A stretch of 63,273 nt of DNA, filler included, from Basidiobolus ranarum (GCA_040143965.1; 37 parts of 37 records of this genome joined end to end with filler, not necessarily neighbours in it), one strand, 5' to 3'. Counted from the whole stretch's first letter, positions 1-12,032 are shown. Notes: generated by a model from the letters alone, not told the origin. Made by a program: numbers and translations.

Positions 1-712
1 TGTTAGCAGTGACACATCCTAGCCTTCTGCATTCTTCCCCAGCATATGCCAAATCAGCCATAGTCTTCTCATATCTTACAAATGGTGCATGCCTCTCAAC
101 CCAAAGCCTTTGTCATGGTGTCTCCCTGGATGTGGCCCACTAAGCCAAACAATGTTTCTTTCCAAATCTGTCAAAGCCTGGAACTTAACACACTGAGCTT
201 TGTACTTGCAAGAATAGAATAGCTTTTGGTTGCTTTTGGGCCTGTTAATTATGACTGGAAATGTGTCAAGAATGCTTCTGATATGAGCTATATTGGGAAA
301 TACTCCAGGAAATGGAAGGAAATTAGAGACTCTAAATCTTTTGTCCCAGGCACCTTCAACATCATTTGTCACTGAAGCTAGATACTTCTCACTTACTAGA
401 AGCCTGGAATAGAAACTTCACCCACTTTTGCTACCATTAATAGTACTCTGAAATCTGATAGAACAATAGTTTTTGTAAAAACAAAACAAATTGACTAGCT
501 GCTTTCTGGTAGGTATTGGAGTATATGAGCCACATTATTTCTCAAATATAGCTTCTATAGTGGTGATAGGAAGGCCAGTAGTTGCTTTTGAATTAATGAG
601 GAATGACCATTTAGAGTAGATGGGGAGCATGATAATAACCTTGTATTGAGCTGGCAAAATACTGATCAATTTGGCATGCACAAGTTATTTATCTACAAAT
701 TTCAATTATCAT
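1..712 (-). mobile_element. PIF/Harbinger-type (DDE_Tnp_4-like) transposase, degenerate, 3' truncated
   Basis: ILDTFPVIINRP...FYSCKYKAQCVKFQALTD...WLSGPHPGRHHD, then MADLAY in another frame near base 50; matches the DDE_Tnp_4 motif order; homologous copies at 20614 and 24060. Confidence 0.8.
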
Positions 713-998
713 GGTAAAATTCCCTGCATTCTGTATAATAAAATTTCTGTTTGCATATATTATCCTAATTATTTCAATTATGTGTAAATGCATGGAAATT
801 ATATAATAAACTGCATCAGCAAAGTTAATCATAGTTTGATCCAAATCATTTTATTTAGCATATATATTGAAATGGCTCAAAGCAGAATGCATTATGCTTG
901 ATCACACTGAAAGAAATTACCTTTGACAATTTAACCAATAATATAAAAAGATCACTGATTCTGATTGAAACCAATAAAGTCAAACATCATAGATATAT

Positions 999-1620
999 AT
1001 GGTAGTTATGTATCATGTTAAAACAGATTCTTTCTGATTCACAACCTACTTTGGTACAGGAAACCACCACTTCCAAAATTTTGCACGCACAGTCAAATGA
1101 AGGTGTGGGTGGTGTGAAGCAGCATGTGCCTACTGATTTTACAGATGCCCAGTTATCCACTATGAATTCTTGCTAGGATATATGGGAGCTGTTGATAAAC
1201 TTGCCAGAAGCTGGGGAAGGGGGCATTAGACAACAGTGGAAGCAACTTTTGACTCTGCTTTGGAGAGAATTCTACATCTTCATGCCGTCAGAAGTCTGCA
1301 AGCAAATATACAATAAGACTCACAAGGATAGAAAACATGAACTGAGAAATAGGAATTTTGATTTGAGTCCACAAAGACACAATTCCAATTACAATTTTTG
1401 CTTGTATAGACCATAAGCAACCATTGCAGCCTCAACTTTAGAGACACAAGTTGTTCTAAATAGATATCTACCACTACTCAATGAGACTTTGCAGCAACTG
1501 TTGATGGAGGTTGCAGAGTTCAAAACAACATTTCAGGACACTATGGCAGGAGTAATCAACAGAGGTGTAAAGAGAAAAGCAAGACAATTTATTGAATCAG
1601 AAGATATTCCTAAAGGCAAA
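999..1620 (+). mobile_element. Second ORF of the Harbinger-type element, putative Myb/SANT-trihelix DNA-binding protein, degenerate
   Basis: FTDAQLSTM...GGIRQQWKQLLTLLWREF...EVCKQIYNK has trihelix-like spacing; the same divergent arrangement recurs at 21675-21958. Confidence 0.5.
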
Positions 1621-1754
1621 NNNNNNNNNNNNNNNNNNNNNNNNNNNNNNNNNNNNNNNNNNNNTTAATTAATTAANNNNNNNNNNNNNNNNNNNNNNNN
1701 NNNNNNNNNNNNNNNNNNNNATATCATCATGAATCATAAGATTAGTAATCCATA

Positions 1755-1894
1755 GAATATTCCAGAAGGTTGTAGAATAATCCAGAAAGTCATGGAATAT
1801 TCCGGAAAAGTTAAGTTTTGATTGGTCAAAACTGAACCAATCATCAAATATTCCAAGAATCTTGTGGAATGTTCCTGAAGATTGTAGAATTTTC
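1755..1894. promoter_or_regulatory. Two phased nGAAn/nTTCn arrays (heat-shock-element-like) flanking an inverted CCAAT pair
   Basis: GAA at 1755, 1765, 1775, 1785, 1795, 1805 and 1857, 1867, 1877, 1887, with TTC or near-TTC at the intervening 5-bp positions; ATTGG at 1821 and CCAAT at 1837. Confidence 0.5.
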
Positions 1895-2099
1895 CCAAAA
1901 ATAATAGGGCTAATATGGGTTAATACTGATAAATCTGAAATAATAGGGGATAACACTAATGGTGTGATATGATTGGCTAGATAAGATGGATAAGTCAAAT
2001 AAGGATAATATAATAGAAATTGTGCAAAAGTAATGATAAGAGCTTGGAGTGGAAATAAGTCAACCTGTCAGTAGGTAGCAATGCTGCCCCACTTCACCA

Positions 2100-2645
2100 T
2101 TGCAGACACATACTAGATCACTCCAAATCAAAGAGACTTCTGACAAGGTATCCATTCCACAAGAAGAATCTACACAACTCACCACTAGAATTCAGGTAAC
2201 ATCTGCAACAAGGGCAAGAGCCCAACAAGTTGGTTCATCAGCTAGTAGTACACATCAACAGCAATGCCAGCTTGGAAGAGTCTGTGATGTTTCTCCCATT
2301 TTTAATGAAGAGCAAGCAGTCAACAAAGAACCAGAAAGAGGATGGCCCGCATTCTCACCCATCATAGTGTGCAGTTTACCTAATTCAACCAAATCAACCA
2401 GTGAGCTTTTTACATCTGGAGAAGAGTCAGCTCCAAGGAGCATGCCATCTCAAAGACATACCAGTTTAATGCGTACTATTGTGCAACAGCAACAAATGCA
2501 AACCACAAGAGTTATTGAACCTTCCACTTTGTTGGATGAAGATATGACTCCTGAGAGCAATCTACCAAGACAGCAATTCATTACAACATATACGTGCATG
2601 AGACCAAGACAATGGGTGTTTGAGAGAAATAGTGAAGCTCTTACT
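2100..2645 (+). pseudogene. Low-complexity S/T/Q-rich ORF of unknown origin, cut by an LTR insertion
   Basis: 183-aa open frame, CpG-poor like the repeats, ends at the TGTTG start of LTR-A. Confidence 0.25.
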
Positions 2646-3339
2646 TGTTGAAGTTTATTGTCTTTATCATATTTGTTATCTCTATCTTTATGCACCTAAC
2701 TACTTCTTATATCACATATAAGTTAGTTAACATTACTTAGTCAAATATCACTTAGCTGAAAATTGTAACATATATTATATATATATGTGAATAATGTGAG
2801 AATTAGCAATTCCATATTGGAAACTTCAAACTCATCCAAGTTGCCCCAAAAATAGCTCATTTTACTCCCACAGATGTTCTGAACACATCCCCAGTATTAG
2901 TTTTCTATATATCCACCAAAAGGTATAAATGCTTTATTTCTGGACAATAAACAATTATCTCACAAAGCTATTCACAACTCCACTTTTCAAAAGTTCCTCC
3001 AACCAGCCTATATTTTCCCAATAGGTTATGAACCCCATGTTCTAACCTTAACAGCATGACTGAAACCACTACTACCACTTTAATTAACTCAAGTGTTGAA
3101 AAGCTTGATGGAGAAAATTACAATTTCTGGAAGTTCAAGATGCAAATGATGCTGGAAGACAGGGAGCTTTAGGATGTAGTCACTGGAGATGAAAAGGAAC
3201 CTTCTGACCCTACTTCATTGGAAGCTTTCAAGAAAAGAGACAAGAAGGCCTTTAATGTCATTTGTCAAAGTTTAAAGGATTCATAACTTGTGAATATTCA
3301 ATATGCAAAGACTTCCCATCAAGCTTGGACTATATTGGA
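2646..3339 (+). mobile_element. Copia family A 5' end: LTR (2646-3023), PBS (3024-3035), gag start (3056-3339, with stops)
   Basis: TGTTGAAG...CCAATA, then GGTTATGAACCC, then MTETTTTTLINSSVEKLDGENYNFWKFKMQMMLE; near-identical copy at 41169-41975. Confidence 0.9.
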
Positions 3340-3440
3340 NNNNNNNNNNNNNNNNNNNNNNNNNNNNNNNNNNNNNNNNNNNNTTAATTAATTAANNNNN
3401 NNNNNNNNNNNNNNNNNNNNNNNNNNNNNNNNNNNNNNNA

Positions 3441-3947
3441 TATGAGAAGCCTCCTTGTAAGACATGTAAACCTACGAAACCTCCAGTCCAGCCCCCAAAA
3501 CCTGTTAATCCTCCTTGCAAGGCTTGTAAACCACCTAAGCCTCCAGTCAAACCACCAACATATGAGAAGCCTCCATGCAAGACGTGCAAGCCTTCCAAGC
3601 CACCAGTATATCCACCTATGCCTACTATCCGCCCACCAACTCCGGGAAAGCCTTGCAGTCCAAAGTCTTGTAAGGCAATCATTACCAAAATTCGCACAGT
3701 ATGTGGTACTGACATTGATATCAATTTCTGTCTCAACTTGAGCATCGATATTGACTTGCTTCGTCTTGAGCGTCTCAAATGTCGCGTGATTGTCGGTGCT
3801 GCTCAACTTGCCGGTGTTAGAGTTAACCCTGGAGTGTGTAATCTGTTGGATGGTAGAATTCACATTGGGTTTAATGAGCGTAACCACTTCCGCCACAATG
3901 GTAGATATGATCACAGCTATCATCGTAGAAGTATTGACGTCGTTTAG
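3441..3947 (+). CDS. Proline-rich protein with PPCKxCKP repeats and a Cys-containing C-terminal domain, 5' partial
   Basis: Open from the contig edge: YEKPPCKTCKPTKPPVQPPKPVNPPCKACKPPKPPVKPPTYEKPPCKTCKPSKPPVYPP, continuing in frame into ORF 3618-3947; CpG retained; AATAAA at ~4013. Confidence 0.75.
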   Translation, partial: YEKPPCKTCKPTKPPVQPPKPVNPPCKACKPPKPPVKPPTYEKPPCKTCKPSKPPVYPPMPTIRPPTPGKPCSPKSCKAIITKIRTVCGTDIDINFCLNLSIDIDLLRLERLKCRVIVGAAQLAGVRVNPGVCNLLDGRIHIGFNERNHFRHNGRYDHSYHRRSIDVV

Positions 3948-4926
3948 TATCTTCAAGTGAATATTTGTAGTCACCAAGTGTATAAGAAATCCAATTGAAC
4001 AAAATCCTTATAAATAAAGCACCTCTATTTAATCACCGACTGCTGAATCTTCAGTACGCGTTATTCCTAAATAGCGAGGGCTACGCATTAGAACCTACAT
4101 TGTGTGACTTTGCAAAGATTTAAGTTCTTTCCTTTTATCTACTAAATAGGTTGGCAATAAGTCAGAAATAAATCAGCTTTAAATGATATAACTTGGTTAC
4201 AAAGTGATTACTATTAATTGAAATTTTGGTTTATACCTATTTTTATATTACGTGTTGAGTTTTTGCTTTCAATTCTTGGAGATATCTGTACTGTATGCTA
4301 AGTTGGTCATGAATACTTATAACTGTAGTATCAGCTCCAGTAAAATTAGGGAAATCCAGAATCTAGGAGTGTATATGTTTAAAACTACTTTTGGTATATC
4401 ATTCACCTAGTACTGTCTGGTTAGTATACAAGTATTCACCGACATTCACGAGAAAGGCTATAAGATTAGAACAACCCAGTGTGAAAATCACTCTGGTTTC
4501 ACAAATTAGTAATCATATCCAGATATGGAAATTGTTTTTATTACCATTTAAGTAATGATGACTGAATGTAACATCTGTTCATAGACTGCTAATCAGTTGG
4601 CTAGTACAAGTGAGGATTCGAGATTCGTATGATATTCTAGTATTGTTTGTGACATACTGCAGAATCAATACATGTTTTTACATAGCCACGACATATAGTG
4701 AGTACGCGCTACAATATCTACAAGGAAGACAAGTTGCACATGAGAGTCTGAGATTAGAGCCAATCCATGCAAATGATACACCTATTGGACCCTATGCTTG
4801 AATAGAATAAACCTAGATTCTAACATGCTAACGACAACAAAAGTTCTATAAAAAGGCAGCGCACTGCACACGGATATAGTATATCATATTTGTAGTTCCC
4901 TAGTCATCCATTCATCTGCGACAGCC

Positions 4927-5058
4927 ATGAAGTTCTTTGCAAGTGCCCTAGTATTGTTACCAGCTGTGCTCGTAATGGCCAAAGAACCAACCTTCTTGAA
5001 TGGCTCCCCCATTACAGCAAAACACTCAAACTCCGTCTGTGATGGTATCATTGCACGA
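4927..5058 (+). CDS. Secreted protein N-terminus, 3' partial
   Basis: MKFFASALVLLPAVLVMAKEPTFLNGSPITAKHSNSVCDGIIAR reads as a signal peptide; TATAAAA at 4847; GCCATG start context. Confidence 0.7.
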
Positions 5059-5329
5059 NNNNNNNNNNNNNNNNNNNNNNNNNNNNNNNNNNNNNNNNNN
5101 NNTTAATTAATTAANNNNNNNNNNNNNNNNNNNNNNNNNNNNNNNNNNNNNNNNNNNNAAAGTATCTTCCTTGTCCACACTTGTCTTGTCTTGTCATGTG
5201 GTCTACACCCAAGTACTCTCCTGCCATCGAGCCTCTTGTTGTTGTTCTCAGTCCTTGTCCAGTTCCTTATTGTGACAGCAATGGTGGAAACTGAATCAGT
5301 TGTAAATAGTAAGATTATTTTACTAATAA

Positions 5330-6545
5330 TGGAGGGGAATATAACTCAAAACTCTTTTTCAACCTTTGCTCAACACATAGGATAAAACAGCAGACTACAG
5401 GGCCATATTCCCCACAGCAGCATGGAGCAGCAGAATGTGCAAACCAATCCATATTGGAAAAGGCAAGATCAAAGCTTTGGGATGAAGACTTATCAAAACA
5501 AATCTGTGCTGAATTGATTGCAACTGTAGTACATATTATGATTAGATGTCCTTCTACATCTTCATTAGCTATGGCTCCTTATCAAGCTTGATTTGAAAGT
5601 AAAACTGATGTGACTAAGCTCAGCGTTTTTGGAAGTATCACATATGCTATGATTCCAGACCAAAAAAGCCAGAAATATCTTTTTTTGCAATATTGAGATG
5701 GAACAAATGGGTACAGACTATATGACACTGAAAATTAGTGGCTAATCAAATCAAGGGATGTTGAACATGCTGAAGAAAAAAATGTTTCTCTCAAAACAAT
5801 CCAGGATCAAGAAAAACAACTGAAAATTGAAGATTCTTCTTTATGTCAACAGATCCTGATCAGTGAGAAAAACATTGAAAATTCCCAACCTACAGACTCC
5901 TCAACTAAGCCTATGGTGGTTTCATTGCCTAAGTTGGTGCCAGATGTTGTAGTGTCAATTTCCTATCTTTGGAGATCCAATTGGATGAGATCTCTGCCTG
6001 ATTACTACTCTCACACTAGCCAAAAGGTGCCTAGTGCAAATTTAGCCTTTTCTGATGATCCCATATTAGTACAGGAGGCTATGGAGAGTCCCAACACAAA
6101 GTTTTGGAGTGCTGCAATGGTAGAGGTGAATCAGTCATTCATAAAAAACCAATCTTGGATTTTGATTAAGTTTAGGATAATCAAAGTTGTATTTCTTTGG
6201 CTAAAAATCCCAAATTTCATGCTATAAGTATATTAACATTCAACATCACTTTGTTTAGGAAGCCATTGAAAATAAGCACATCCAATTAGAGTACTCTAAC
6301 TGAGGACTCAATTGCTGACATCCTTACCAAACCATTACCTAAGCCAGAATTTGAAGAATTATAGTTCAAGTTAGGATTAAGATATTTGAATATTTAGTTG
6401 AGGGGGAGTGATGAAGTTTATTTTCTTTATCTTATTTGTTATCTCTATCTTTCTGTACCTAGCTCATATATTACATATAAGTTAGTTAAGATTACTTTGT
6501 CAATTTTACCTCACTGCAAATAGGAACATTAATTATATATATATG
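5330..6545 (+). mobile_element. Copia family A 3' remnant: integrase, RT deleted, RNase H end, PPT (6400-6408), partial 3' LTR (6409-6545)
   Basis: Homologous to 17500-18690; ADILTKPL motif near 6315; GAGGGGGAG followed by TGATGAAGTTTA (LTR-A start). Confidence 0.85.
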
Positions 6546-6777
6546 CCCTAAAAGAAACTTGAGGAGTGTTATTGTAGGAAAACTGTCACAATTTTAATCC
6601 ATTTGTGATTGACCATTTACTTATCATCAGAGAATTATCAAGTCAGATTTGATTTTAATCAATTTTTTCTGTTTCAGGAGTGAAATTTGAAGATCTTGCA
6701 AAATAGTTGCACATGATTGGCTACAATCTCAGAGAGCTATGGTCCAACATATGTGAGAAAAATGCAACTCAAATTTT
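6546..6777 (+). mobile_element. CMC/CACTA element left end inserted in LTR-A
   Basis: CCCTAAAAGAAACTTGAGGAGTGTTATTGTAGGAAAAC; the same end occurs at 42165, 57885, 50111(-), 6972(-). Confidence 0.75.
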
Positions 6778-6877
6778 NNNNNNNNNNNNNNNNNNNNNNN
6801 NNNNNNNNNNNNNNNNNNNNNTTAATTAATTAANNNNNNNNNNNNNNNNNNNNNNNNNNNNNNNNNNNNNNNNNNNN

Positions 6878-6972
6878 CTTGACAATTTTATGATAGTAAG
6901 TAAATAATCAATCCAAATGGATTAAAATTGTGATGGTTTCCTACAATAACAATCATCATATTACTGCTAGAG
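6878..6972 (-). mobile_element. CMC/CACTA element left end, degenerate
   Basis: Reverse complement CTCTAGCAGTAAT...GATTGTTATTGTAGGAAACC matches the left-end consensus. Confidence 0.65.
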
Positions 6973-8049
6973 CCACTGGAAATGGAACACTTTAATTTTC
7001 AGACTTTGACATTACATATGTGGGGCTATCCTTTCCTGGCAATTTTGTGCCAGTTCTACCAAGTTACCTTATATGGAAGTTATATACCAAGGTATCCCAT
7101 TTGATATTGCCAAATTAAGATTTTGGGTAACTGACAAAGCAAGTTCATCCCCTAGTTTGTAACTTACCCATTACTGAATATGTAAAAATAAACAATTTTT
7201 ACTGTAACTTACCCAATCAAATGAAAAACCAAAATGTTTGCCTCTTTTTAGGCCAATCCTTTGCCTCCCACTTACACAATATCCTGATCTTGAATTGGGC
7301 CCAGCAGCTCCTGCATTATGAAGCACCAGTAGTTTTGGCACACCAGGGACAAATCACAGCACTCAACAATGAATTAATCTGCAGTATGATAGTAATATTC
7401 AGAATTGCTTGATTTATCCTTTTCAGATCAGCAAATCATTCATTCAATCATGTAAGCTTCTAATTGGATGAGAAGGTGAATGGTTTGAGCCATATCAAGC
7501 CAACATGGCTGCATAAGCTTTTTATTGACAGTCATTTTTCATTGAATTGTAGTGAAATTGCTTGTTTCAATAGGCTATCAATGATTTTTTTGATGTGTGA
7601 CAATTACATGCAATCAGTGCTTCACAAAGACATAAGTAATTGTAATCCAACTAAAGCAATTTGTGCTATATTTAACTGCAATCCATATCAGTTTTGCAGG
7701 ATGAGCTAAATAGCAAAGATACAATAATACAAATGTTAACAAGAGTGTTCAGCTATTGCTCAGGTATGAAGCAGACATGCTGATTTGCTTCTGTTATTTT
7801 TGTTGTCTCCTTGATATTTCCATGGATGGAACTTTGCTTGAACCTCTGTGCTGGGTTTGTTGACTTGATCCTACTGAAGTTCCTCTACCTATGCCAGCAT
7901 TGGTTGTGGCCTGAGGTTGATGTGCTGTGGTATGCGTTGGCTTATCCAGTCTAATTTGCAGTTTGTTTGTATCTACAGTCTCTTTGTCAGATGTGGAGCC
8001 TCCACTTAACAGGTCAACCAGCCATTGCTGCTGTTGTGCAGTTCTATGC

Positions 8050-8496
8050 ATCAACCCAGAATGTCCCACTTGAGATTTGTGCTTGACAGTTATTGATTCT
8101 TCCACCATGGTAGAAGCTTCATCTCTTTTGACTGGCCATGGCCATGGTAGCATTGCAGCACATTTTAGAGCAAGTCATCTACCTTGAGGTTTGTGTTTGG
8201 CAGTCCTTGCCTCTTCAACCGTAGTAGAAGCTTCATCTCCTTTGACTGGCAGTGGCCACAGTTGCATTACAGTATGTGTTGCAGTGAGATGTCTACCTTG
8301 TGGTTTATCTTTGGTGGTCATTGCTTCTTGAAGCACAATGGAAGCTTCATCTCTTTTGACTGGCCATTGCCATGGTTGCATTCCCGTACATGCTGGTGCA
8401 GGTCATATACCTTGATGTTTGCATTTGGCAGTGCTGGCCTCTTTGCATATGGTAGAGGCTTCATCTCTGTTGACTGGCCCCTATGACCGCTGTGGA
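8050..8496 (-). repeat. 114-bp tandem repeat (at least 4 units) encoding a 38-aa repeat in a decayed ORF (7794-8496)
   Basis: GAAGCTTCATCTCyyTTGACTGGC-like core at 8113, 8227, 8341, 8455 (period 114); minus-strand WPVKRDEAST repeats; ORFs 8175-8381 and 7794-8153 share a frame, split by one TGA. Confidence 0.85.
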
Positions 8497-10409
8497 NNNN
8501 NNNNNNNNNNNNNNNNNNNNNNNNNNNNNNNNNNNNNNNNTTAATTAATTAANNNNNNNNNNNNNNNNNNNNNNNNNNNNNNNNNNNNNNNNNNNNACTG
8601 TCACAAAGCTATACGTCAATCTAAATAGAAATTCACGCAGGGACATAAACAGTATTACATAATGGATGTTTATTAATTTCAACAGGACTTATTACATACT
8701 GGATGGCAGGCTTAATTGAGATAATACCTGGATTACATGATTGACAATTCTTCTGTTAAGAAAATTGATGTCATATAAGGATTCCGATAGCTCCATACTG
8801 ATTGAAAGCCATATATGTCAAGCCAAGTCAAGATAGGATACTCGATCAGTTTAGGCTATGGCTGAACCCACATGTTTAGATATCTGACACTTGCTTCAGT
8901 TCCGGAAGTGGAAGATCCTTTGTGCTGTATACATATAGTAAGAACGTACGGTATGAAAAATTAATCAAGATGTCAATAGTACAAGTATGGAATTGAAATA
9001 TACCTGGAGGATGAAGTAAGCTGTATATACTTGGATTCGCCCGATTCCACTTGGGAGATTCTACGTTTACTTTTGCGACAGAAAGTGTAGTAACTCAACC
9101 CTAACAGAATACCATATACAATCTATGGAAACATTTAGTCATAAAAATAAAATAAAAGTTCATTGATACAGTACTTACCCATTGAACCAAAAATAAGTAT
9201 TGGTTTTTGGTATACTCTTCCATTTCAGTGTTGTCACTCAAGCCTTCGCAAACCGAATCTTCATTCTGGAAGATATAAATAATTGCCATGGTGTGAAGAC
9301 TAGTGATAACGAGGTTGCACCAGGCTGCTCGTATACATATTTGAACACCTCTTAGATTGTCATTTCTATACCTATGAAACAGAATACCATGGACAGATAG
9401 TGGTAAGAGAAAAATAAGTAACAAAGGGGTAAGAGAGAAATAAGTAACAAAGTGGAATAATTGAGGGCGCTTGTTACAATACAGGAGGATTTGAAGACTG
9501 TCCCAAAGCTAGGATGTAAGAATTAATATTATATAGGTAGAAGAGTTTCTAATATGCATAGATAATCAAACGTACCAGTCTAAAAGCAAATGCAGTCATA
9601 TCCATTGAACAAACAATGCAGTGAAGGTAAGACGAATTTTGAGAGTTTAAGTACTTGTCGGATACGTTGAAGAATTTAGATAAACGACTCATTTTAAATT
9701 CAGAGGATGTAGAAATAATCTTTTACGGGAAAGAATGGATTTTATATAAAGATGGCAATATGAGCAATATCCGTATATCATTTCTTATGGGTAAAATTAT
9801 TACTGGGGAAGCAGTTCTTGTTTTACTTCACCTTCCTATATGCCTAGATCAACACTTTGGATGGAACAACTATGTTCATGCTATATATAGAATTAGGGCT
9901 AGTTTGTGCATTCAAGTAAGTTCCACAATTGATTTTTGTAATACTTTTCTATATCAGTATTGCTACTGAAATCCACACCAATAATATCCTTATAGTCCGT
10001 TACATGCCCGTATGTACATTTCCTTAACAACAGGACAGAACATATACTCTACTTCTGTTTAGAAGATTGCCACTATGCGAGAGATCTGACGGCTATCAAG
10101 CCTAGGTCCTGTGTGGCAATGGGAATATGCTCATCCACTATATTTCATTGATCCTGAGGCAGGCGATCATTCGTATTCGATAGATAGAGGCTTATATGGG
10201 GCACCATTGGAGAANNNNNNNNNNNNNNNNNNNNNNNNNNNNNNNNNNNNNNNNNNNNTTAATTAATTAANNNNNNNNNNNNNNNNNNNNNNNNNNNNNN
10301 NNNNNNNNNNNNNNCTAGGAGCTGAAAATATGAGAAATTTAATCAAAAACAACATGGTTTTGGGACTAAATTTCGTAATTCCACCGGATCTGGAGCTATG
10401 TGAAGATTT

Positions 10410-11327
10410 TCATCACTGTAAGTTCTCAATGCAAATGCTGCTGGAAGACAAGGTTGTTTTGGGATATGTTACAGGAGAGGAAATAGAGCAAAGGGGACTA
10501 CTGGCAGCTTTCCTTTTTTTTTACAAGATGCAGACAAAAGCTCTCTCTGCCCATTGTCTACAACTCAGAGCCTATCAATCACAGCTCATACACTCAGCTA
10601 AAAATGTCAAAACTACTGTGAAACATTTGAAGGACTATATGGGACTATAAGTCTTGCTAATCAGCTATATCTTGGATGAGAAATGTTCTCAATTCAAGTG
10701 AATTCTGATAATTTTACAGCTATTCATATAGGTCAGCTAAAAGCTATGGCAGATCAGCTCACATATGTTGAACCATCTCTAAATGATGTCAACTTAGTCA
10801 GTATACTACTTAACAGCCTGCCAGATGAGCTGGGCTGTAGAAGAATTGCCCTTGATTCAATTTCAGACCCACTAATAATGGAATATGTTGGTAGTAAGGT
10901 TTAGAAAGGGCAATTAAGGAGATCTTGTTCTCAGCAAGATACTGTGGATCAGGCATTTTTTGGAGCTGTAAAACATCTGACATACTTCAAGAATGATGCA
11001 TCCAACAGATGATTATTTATCTCACAATACTGTAAGAAACCAGGCCACTTATTCAAAGATTGCAGAAAAGGGATTTTTGGCAAAAAGTTAAAAATGGAAC
11101 AAGTAAATTGAGTAAGCTGTGACAGGGAGCATCTATTTGTATCTGCCTTATCAGTAACTATTAAAGAAGATTGATAAACATGGTACATCAACTCAGGAGC
11201 TTCCCTGCATATTTCAAACAAGAAAGATTGATTTTACAGATTAAAACCCATGCAAACAAGGAAAGTCTACTCAGGAGCTAACTCTGCACTAGAATGAGTT
11301 AGCAAGGCCACAGTTGTGCCTAATCTA
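10410..11327 (+). mobile_element. Copia family B gag-protease, degenerate
   Basis: EDFHHCKFSMQMLLEDK, ILLNSLP, decayed zinc knuckle (YCKKPGHLFKDC), WYINSGAS protease motif. Confidence 0.85.
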
Positions 11328-11932
11328 TGTTGAAATTAGATAAATAGCAACTCATTATTTAGTAGTTAGTTTATTCATATTTTTATTATTTAGCACTCAA
11401 TTCTGTCATTTAAAAATATGTGTTATTGCTCTAATTGATAGAAATATCAATTAGATCACTTTTACCAATTTTCACTATTTTCACAAAACTTCTCCAAATC
11501 ACCTCAAACTTTCACCCATGCTTAACAGGCATGTTTGTTATAATCTAAGCACAATCAATAGTCCTATTTCACAGTATACTATAAATAGGACACATTCAAT
11601 TCAATACAATATAAGTGTCTAAATCAGAAATCCAAATCTTGTCCAAAACACTTCCATATCCACTAAACACTTTTATCAGGTTATGAGCCCCAAGCTAGCT
11701 GATAGAGGTATATCTACTAGTACTAATTCTAGCTGTTGAAGGAATGTCTACCATAACTGTTAGCAATATATTTGCATCAACAGAGAAGTTTCATGGTGAA
11801 GACTTTCACCTTTCAAAGTTTAAGATGCAAATGGTGCTAGAAGACAAGGACCTTTGGGGATGTGTTACAGGAGAAGAAATAGAGCCAAAGGGACCACCAG
11901 AAGCTATCCTTGCCTTTCACAAGAAGCAGAGG
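11328..11932 (+). mobile_element. Copia family B 5' end: LTR (11328-11678), PBS (11679-11690), gag start (11744), nested in a same-family copy
   Basis: TGTTGAAATTAG...TTTTATCA + GGTTATGAGCCC + EKFHGEDFHLSKFKMQMVLEDKDLW. Confidence 0.9.
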
Positions 11933-12032
11933 NNNNNNNNNNNNNNNNNNNNNNNNNNNNNNNNNNNNNNNNNNNNTTAATTAATTAANNNNNNNNNNNN
12001 NNNNNNNNNNNNNNNNNNNNNNNNNNNNNNNN

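Noticed and set aside
3384..3977. Gly-rich and Trp/Arg-rich minus-strand ORFs
   Set aside because: Antisense shadows of the proline-rich plus-strand gene
8875..9424. Possible three-exon minus-strand membrane protein gene
   Set aside because: Splice-like signals exist, but the exons join only with a frameshift and no family is recognisable
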